Assembly (NCBI RefSeq): GCF_001194135.2
Contig: NC_068987.1
Coordinates: forward strand, 65,197,242-65,261,241
Origin: Octopus bimaculoides
Lineage: Eukaryota
Reading direction: 5' to 3'
DNA: 64,000 nucleotides
The number at the start of each line of letters is the position of its first letter. The first letter of the stretch is position 1. Positions 58,384 to 64,000 of this stretch are shown here, piece after piece. The notes beneath the pieces are model-generated. The model was not told where the DNA came from. It saw only the letters and a program-made list of their open reading frames with translations, and did not search any database. The position numbers and the translations under genes were made by a program.

Positions 58384-60924
58384 TGGTGATGATGATGATG
58401 ATTTCAAATTTTGGCACAAGACCAGCAGTTTTTGAGGGGAGAGGGAAGTTGATTACATTGACTCCAGTGCTTGACTGGTGCTTATTTTATCTACTCTGAA
58501 AGGATGAAAGGCAAAGTCAATCTCGGTGGAATTTGAACTCAGAGTGTAAAGATGAATGAAATCTTGCTCAGCATTTGTCCGGCATGCTTAATGATTCTTC
58601 CAACTTGCTGCCTTAACAAAAATAATAACAAGATGAATAATGGTTTCAATATTTGCCAGAAGCCCAGCAATTTTAAGGGAAGCCGGTTAGTCGATTACAG
58701 ACCAGTTCTTGACTGATACTTTTTATTTTTAATGACCCTGAAAAAATAAAAGGTAAAATTGACTTTGGTTGGATTTAAACTCAGGACATAAGAAATAAGA
58801 GCAATAAGAAATGCCACTGAGCATTCTGTCCAACATGCTAAGGTCTTTACACTCATGTATTTTGTACAGCAGCAAGAGAAGTTTATTTCTTATATCTGTA
58901 TTGTTTTCATTACATATTTTACATTATATATATTTTGTTTACTTCATCTTTTCTTTTACTAATTCCCTTTCAAATTCTTTTCACTATTGCTTTCCTCCCC
59001 TTGTAGGCTCGTATGCAGCGAGGTAATGTCCTACTAAAACAGGGACAGTTAGATGAAGCAAAGGCTGACTATACGACTGTGGTAAGTATTACATTCTTTA
59101 TTTGTGTGTTTATTTGTAATAAACTACCAACAGTAGTTAATTATAGTGAGATCTGCTGACACACACTTCATGTACCAATCTTTGACAATGCCTCTAATGT
59201 TTCATGTCAGATTTATAGCTTGTAGAAAGTTGGTTGAACTATTAGATGTGATTCACAGATTCAGTATTCCAAAAGCGTCATGTTTTTACCTGATTGAACA
59301 CCACATTATACACTCTAAAATGCAATGATTTCTCATTCAAGATGACTTATGGCAATCTTGGCCTTTAGCAGTTTTCTTCCTTGAGTGTTCCTATATGGTT
59401 GTTGTTTAGTTCCAGATCAACTTTGATTCAACAGACTTCTTATCAAAAGCATTCCATTACATCTTTTATTTAGATACATTTGGACTACGTTAGCTGATGT
59501 ATCCTTCCCTTCTTCAGATAGTTGGCTGTGATTTTTAGAGAGATTTTGCTGCTATTTCTAGCTGGTCAAGTGAGCTTGTAGAGGTTTTCCTGGTAATGAA
59601 TGCACTAGAGTTGGTAAATGTGGGCTTGGTTGGTGCAACAGAGTTATTGTTCCTTTGCACTTACTATTGATGTACCTTCCAGTACAGTGTTTAGAATTAA
59701 AGAGGCTACATTTTAAAAATAATGTTCTAGTAGTGTTCTGCTGTGATGTAGATGTGTCTGGATGTCTGAAGATGATGGAACACGTATTTTCTGGCAAGGG
59801 CTGTGAGCTTGTTGCAGCAACAAGCTGGCTCCTCATATATCCAGGAAGTCTTTCATTATGAGTATTTTGATTTCATTGTGGAGGTGACCTGTGTGCAGCT
59901 TGTGATGTAATATGCACCAATTTGTACCCTGGATAAGTTGTAGTTGATATTTTAATACAGATTAACTCAGATTTACCAAAAGTATGACCAAAAGCATTCT
60001 AGCAATGAACATCCAGTATTTTTTCAGTTACTGGGCGATTTTATCCAATGTGCCCTTGTTTTGTTTTAAGATAATATTCTAGGCCTGAGATTTGTGGGAG
60101 ATTTGGGTGCAGGGTAAGTTATCATGTGGAGTTCCTTACTTTGGCTCATGTTTGGGTATGTGTTGTGAATTGTAGTGTGTGTCAGTGTGGGTATGTTGTG
60201 TTGTGCAGTGTAGTTTTTGTTTGTGTGAGTTATAGTGTGTTGGTATGGGTATATGGTGTTGTCAGGTGTAGCAAGTCAGTCTAAGTATATTGTTTTGGGA
60301 GTAGAGTGTGGATGTAGGCATATTTGGCAGGCAATGTGCTGGAGTCAAGAGACACATGAGAGATGGAGTATGAGTGTTGGTATTGTGTGGAAGTGTGTTT
60401 ATATTACATAGTGTTGTTTGAACTTCTTTGTTCCCACTCTCTTCATCTGAATGTTGAAGGTAATTAATGATGTTGTTTGATTAAAATCACCCTTGATATA
60501 AAACTGACTTTAGGTGTTTTAGTGGACACCAGTTTGTAGCTTCATTTTGTAGATCCCTGTGTTGTCTGTAGACCCCAATTTAGAAAAGTATGGGATCCAC
60601 AGGCTTTCCTGTGTATGTCTTTAATTCCTTTTTTTTTATGTGTGTTTTGTATAGTTGAAATTTGACCCCAATCACAGTCAAGCCCAGAAACAATTATACT
60701 TGATTGATCCCCTAAAAGCAGAGATATCTGAAGCAAAAGCCAGATACAAGAGCGGTGACCATCAGGCAGCCATAGATCACTTAACAAAAGCCATTGAGGT
60801 TAGTGATTTTATTTTTTTACATCTTGGTTGTTGTCCTTATTAAATCGTGTGTTTTCAGTTTCATGTTTTTGTTTTATTTTATACACGATATTTGAATTTA
60901 TTATTTTGTGTGTTTGTGTTTTAT

Positions 60925-60963
<39 letters not shown>

Positions 60964-63348
60964 CACACACACACACACATATATATATTGTCAGTAATTC
61001 ATAGATCTGAAAAGAAGCTTAGTCTAAAACATTTGAGCAGTAATATATTTTTAGGAAATTGATTCTTAAGATCACTCTCTGACTGGTCATTGGTCATGAC
61101 AATCAGCTTCCTNNNNNNNNNNNNNNNNNNNNNNNNNNNNNNNNNNNNNNNNNNNNNNNNNNNNNNNNNNNNNNNNNNNNNNNNNNNNNNNNNNNNNNNN
61201 NNNNNNNNNNNNNNNNNNNNNNNNNNNNNNNNNNNNNNNNNNNNNNNNNNNNNNNNNNNNNNNNNNNNNNNNNNNNNNNNNNNNNNNNNNNNNNNNNNNN
61301 NNNNNNNNNNNNNNNNNNNNNNNNNNNNNNNNNNNNNNNNNNNNNNNNNNNNNNNNNNNNNNNNNNNNNNNNNNNNNNNNNNNNNNNNNNNNNNNNNNNN
61401 NNNNNNNNNNNNNNNNNNNNNNNNNNNNNNNNNNNNNNNNNNNNNNNNNNNNNNNNNNNNNNNNNNNNNNNNNNNNNNNNNNNNNNNNNNNNNNNNNNNN
61501 NNNNNNNNNNNNNNNNNNNNNNNNNNNNNNNNNNNNNNNNNNNNNNNNNNNNNNNNNNNNNNNNNNNNNNNNNNNNNNNNNNNNNNNNNNNNNNNNNNNN
61601 NNNNNNNNNNNNNNNNNNNNNNNNNNNNNNNNNNNNNNNNNNNNNNNNNNNNNNNNNNNNNNNNNNNNNNNNNNNNNNNNNNNNNNNNNNNNNNNNNNNN
61701 NNNNNNNNNNNNNNNNNNNNNNNNNNNNNNNNNNNNNNNNNNNNNNNNNNNNNNNNAATATAAAAAAAATAATATATAAAAAAATAAATATGCCAATACA
61801 TTATATTGTCTTTGAACTTTTGAAGTTCAATGGTAATTCATGTATATAATGGTTGGAAACATAAGGATGCATGAGAATTGAGAGTTGTGTTAGGTTTTAA
61901 AAACAGGGCTAAAAGTTTGTGTTAAGCAGGAAGTGTGGTGTCAAAACAGGAAGTGTGTGTAAGGGGAGACTAAAAACATTTGTCTCCCCTTACACACACT
62001 TCCTGTTTTGACACCACACTTCCTGCTTANNNNNNNNNNNNNNNNNNNNNNNNNNNNNNNNNNNNNNNNNNNNNNNNNNNNNNNNNNNNNNNNNNNNNNN
62101 NNNNNNNNNNNNNNNNNNNNNNNNNNNNNNNNNNNNNNNNNNNNNNNNNNNCAACTCTCAATTCTCATGCATCCTTATTTTTCCAACCATTATATACATG
62201 AATTACCATTGAACTTCAAAAGCTCAAAGACAATATAATGTATTGGCATATTTATTTTTTAATATATTATTTATATATTATTTTCTTCATTTTGTACTTC
62301 TTTTTAAAAAACATTTTCATTCTCCCTCTTCTTGAAAATTTGCTTCGCAATGAAAGTCGGTAGAAATCTTTATTAAAATATGCTTCCAGTTTAGCATTCT
62401 ACCTTATTATTATTTTTTATTTTCCTATTATTTCTCCACGTGCGGTTAACACAACCCCGCTATTTACTGACTTATATATATATATATATATATATATAAA
62501 TTATTTTTGAGCTTATGTAATTTCTATAAGTTTTTGATACATCCCAAGTAGTTTATGTATCTTGAACTTCTCTCATTTTCCATAATGTTAAATGTCCAAG
62601 CAGTATCAGTATATCTTCCCACCTGGATACAGGTAAGAGACAATCTTGGCAGGATTCAAACTTAAGGCTAGGAACATCCCATATCTGAGTTATAGTTTGT
62701 TCCTTTTAATGAAGCTAGTCATAAGTCCGAAAAATGGAAAAAGCTAATTGCAACTTCATGTGATTTGACCTTCTGAACATATTGTCAACAAGTATGGACA
62801 ACGTGATTGTTGTTCACTGTAATAACTTCACCTGTGAGTATTTAAATCCTTATATAAAATTTGGGCCATAAGAATGTCTGTGGCCCAGAGTTATGGTACA
62901 CTGGTATCATGAATTGTCATCTCTTCAATATAAAACATAGTTTATCAGACCAATCACATTAAGTAAAGCTTTGACTCAGTTGTAACCACCTTTTTTTAAC
63001 TTGGTTACTGATTCTCTAGAAATGCAAAGATAATTAATATTAGATGTGATTTGAACTTCCGAACTGTAAGATTTAATCTTGTTGCCAGTATTTTGTGTTT
63101 TTTTTTTTTTTAATATTTTTTTTTATTTTACATCTTGATCATGCTATAACCCTTCACCTGTTGCAGATTTGTCCATGGAGCCCAGAACTGAAGGAGATTC
63201 GATCTGAATGCTACATTGCTCTAGGCGATTTGTTAAAAGCAATCCACGACATCCGTCCAACTACGAAATTACGCAATGATAATACAGCTGCCTTTTTGAA
63301 ACTCAGTCTTTTACATTATCAATTGGGAGAAGCAGATGACTCTCTCAG
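40775..63348 (+). CDS. DNAJC3: DNAJC3/P58IPK ER-luminal TPR plus J-domain co-chaperone; exons 1-6 (231 codons + 2 nt), J-domain beyond the right edge
   Basis: The spliced peptide has a signal peptide, then [51 protein letters not shown]...[19 protein letters not shown]...[15 protein letters not shown]...[21 protein letters not shown]. These are characteristic P58IPK TPR repeats. Confidence 0.96.
42872..43054. repeat. Foldback element containing TTAGGG and CCCTAA repeats
   Basis: ~57-bp inverted arms; degenerate (GGGTTA)n on the left and (CCCTAA)n on the right. Confidence 0.8.
43183..43843. mobile_element. hAT-like MITE with a nested family-B insertion
   Basis: Ends CAATGGTTCTCA / TTAAAAACCATTG; no clean 8-bp TSD. 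A similar CAGTGGTTCCCAAAC end lies at ~26490. Confidence 0.45.
44190..45210 (-). mobile_element. hAT DNA transposon 5' fragment (BED finger plus start of the core), pseudogenised
   Basis: TIR CAGTGGTGGGCAC at 45210; ATG at 44833; LWPHM..F...RCVICQP...LHVKRKH BED finger; [27 protein letters not shown]. Confidence 0.82.
45510..45905 (-). mobile_element. SINE family C (tRNA head, CCTTGGGCAAGT core, internal CA/TG tract). Other copies: 10125-10275(+), 20900-21055(+), 22115-22385(+), 22500-22900(-), 26820-27030(+), 49490-49655(-)
   Basis: Near full-length copy: GGCTGTGTG..AAGAAGCTTGCTTCCCAACCACATGGTTCCAGGTTCAGTCCC...GACTGAAACAAGTAAAAG. Confidence 0.85.
45990..46418 (-). mobile_element. Penelope-type terminal repeat (pLTR) fragment with a hammerhead-like motif
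   Basis: Contains TCTTTCTGTTGAAGAGCGTAGCTCGAAACGTCAAAGA on the minus strand; bounded by (TA)n tracts. Confidence 0.65.
46078..46114 (-). ncRNA. Minimal type I hammerhead ribozyme-like motif with a variant core (CUGUUGA)
   Basis: Stem I UCUUU/AAAGA, stem II GAGC-GUA-GCUC, GAAA, palindromic minimal stem III, GUC cleavage triplet; A6 is replaced by U. Confidence 0.55.
46455..48290 (+). mobile_element. 5'-truncated, degenerate RTE-clade LINE (RT C-terminal half plus 3'UTR, (GAT)n tail)
   Basis: [38 protein letters not shown] and [11 protein letters not shown] motifs with stops and frameshifts; (TA)n on both flanks. Confidence 0.92.
48503..48855. mobile_element. Inverted pair of Penelope pLTR fragments
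   Basis: 48503-48625 is the reverse complement of 48635-48852, minus the ~100-bp hammerhead segment. Confidence 0.65.
48745..48792 (+). ncRNA. Type I hammerhead ribozyme motif in a Penelope pLTR
   Basis: CUGAUGA (48749-55), stem II AAGGAUAU-CCCUA-AUAUCCCU (1 mismatch), GAAA (48777-80), palindromic stem III CAGCUG, GUA triplet, stem I GUCA/AGAC (weak). Confidence 0.7.
49905..50580. repeat. Compound (TA)/(TG)/(TATG) microsatellite with an internal gap
   Basis: Seen directly; similar tracts at 48291-48500, 4150-4210, 7202-7257, 21058-21084 and others. Confidence 0.95.
51340..53170 (-). mobile_element. Second RTE (BovB-like) LINE, internally deleted and degenerate
   Basis: Minus-strand remnants: [53 protein letters not shown]; RTE-like 5'UTR near 52950-53160. 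Confidence 0.8.
53787..54085 (+). mobile_element. Helentron-associated non-autonomous element (HINE/DINE-like)
   Basis: 5' TTACCTCCACC..GGCAGAGGT hairpin, (GTTT)n microsatellite, GATTTGGATGAAACTTT, 3' CTAAGTGCTCTTGTT end. Confidence 0.6.
54110..54335. mobile_element. MITE-like foldback with ~65-bp arms
   Basis: CTACGTGACT..CATTTC..TAATGG..GTGTAGCAATG..TTGGTGGTGACTGT and its reverse complement. Confidence 0.65.
54640..55250 (+). repeat. ~600-bp CT-rich low-complexity tract upstream of DNAJC3 exon 2
   Basis: Strong pyrimidine bias on the + strand. Confidence 0.7.
55409..55510 (+). CDS. DNAJC3: DNAJC3 exon 2
   Basis: ttttatctttacag|GT...GTAG|gtatgt; 102 nt, phase 1/1. Confidence 0.95.
56745..57401. 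mobile_element. MITE with ~105-bp TIRs
   Basis: GCATGCCATATAAT...GAATTTTCAGAAAA...TTCTACAC at the left, reverse complement at 57300-57401. Confidence 0.7.
57599..57723 (+). CDS. DNAJC3: DNAJC3 exon 3
   Basis: ctgtcttcag|AG...GCT|gtaagt; 125 nt, phase 1/0. Confidence 0.96.
57840..58830 (-). mobile_element. Chain of four family-A SINEs separated by (TAA)n tracts
   Basis: Copies at ~57840-58045, 58065-58272, 58400-58612 and 58640-58830, all in the same orientation. Confidence 0.85.
58284..58400. repeat. (AAT)n/(GAT)n microsatellite
   Basis: Seen directly. Confidence 0.95.
59007..59081 (+). CDS. DNAJC3: DNAJC3 exon 4 ([25 protein letters not shown])
   Basis: ccccttgtag|...GTG|gtaagt; 75 nt, phase 0/0; not in the supplied ORF track. 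Confidence 0.95.
60655..60798 (+). CDS. DNAJC3: DNAJC3 exon 5 (LKFDPNHSQ...TKAIE)
   Basis: ttttgtatag|...GAG|gttagt; 144 nt, phase 0/0. Confidence 0.93.
61757..62275. repeat. Near-perfect long palindrome spanning an N-gap
   Basis: Perfect 48-bp stem (61923-61970 / 61982-62029) with an 11-nt loop; the outer ~99-bp arms differ at 2 positions. Confidence 0.8.
63167..63348 (+). CDS. DNAJC3: DNAJC3 exon 6 ([10 protein letters not shown]...DDSL-R)
   Basis: cctgttgcag|...AG|gtgagt; 182 nt, phase 0/2. Confidence 0.96.
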
Positions 63349-64000
63349 GTGAGTTGTCAGAATGTAGTTGTTCCCTTCTGAAGCCTTCATACATCTGTAT
63401 ATTTAACATTTGTGCTCAACAAAACCTACCCACCATAACAGAACTGAGATCCTAAAACTAAGGTGTCATGTAAAATGCATCGGTGTGGGTGCTGGTGCCA
63501 CATAAAAAGCACTGATGGTGGTGCCATGTCAAAAGTACTCATTACACTTTGTAAAGTGGTTGGCATTAGGAAACCAAGCCTAAATAGACTAACCTGGTGC
63601 AGCCCCTGGCCTTGCCAGTTCCTATCAAGCCATCCAATCCATGCCTGCATGGAAAGCAAACATTAATAATGATGATGATGATGTTTGTATGTATGTGTGT
63701 GTGTGTGTGTGTGTGTGTGAATTACTCATACTTAGGTGGGAGTTATCCTGCAGATATGTGAGCATCTGTAAACTTAAAGCGCTCGACTGGTGGAAAAGAT
63801 TCTGAAAATGAACAAAGAAACAGGCATGATAAAAGGGTGCCTCAACAGCTGTAGAGGAAGAACATGCTTGTCCTTTTTGTGATTCGCTAACCAGTCCCAA
63901 AGTTTGGTTTGCACTATATATGAATCCACCATGGTTTCCATATGAAGAGGTGGTGACTGCTGTCATCTCATAACTCAATGAAAATGATAAGTCAAACATC

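Noticed and set aside
29235-60060. Apparent plus-strand bias of family-G repeats
   Set aside because: Minus-strand copies exist (~12150, ~20200, ~57240), so the bias is not convincing.

Overview
Eukaryotic, AT-rich, repeat-dense genomic DNA with seven N-gaps. The SINE, RTE and Penelope repeat content and the microsatellites suggest an octopus or other coleoid cephalopod (inference, not confirmed). Two spliced genes sit head-to-head. On the minus strand is a DZIP1/Iguana-family ciliary zinc-finger gene: 13 well-supported coding exons plus 1 uncertain exon, ATG at 26099, running off the left edge. On the plus strand is DNAJC3/P58IPK, the ER TPR co-chaperone: coding exons 1-6, ATG at 40775, running off the right edge. 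I reconstructed the exons by hand; all have GT-AG boundaries and consistent phases. From memory, DZIP1 and DNAJC3 are also divergent neighbours on human chr13q32, so this looks like an ancient bilaterian gene pair. Between them is a CpG-enriched region (~38950-41560). It holds an ERSE-like element and an ETS site just upstream of DNAJC3, and an RFX X-box-like element plus an oppositely oriented ETS site on the DZIP1 side, consistent with a bidirectional promoter. The introns contain tRNA-derived SINEs, RTE LINEs (one with a 5' inversion), Penelope fragments with two hammerhead-ribozyme-like motifs, two mariner remnants, a hAT remnant, several MITEs and foldback palindromes (one built from TTAGGG repeats), a pre-miRNA-like hairpin and two minisatellites. 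No rRNA, bona fide tRNA or CRISPR array was seen. Most ORFs in the supplied track are microsatellite, N-gap or TE artefacts. TE boundaries are approximate, and family names are by recalled similarity rather than database search.
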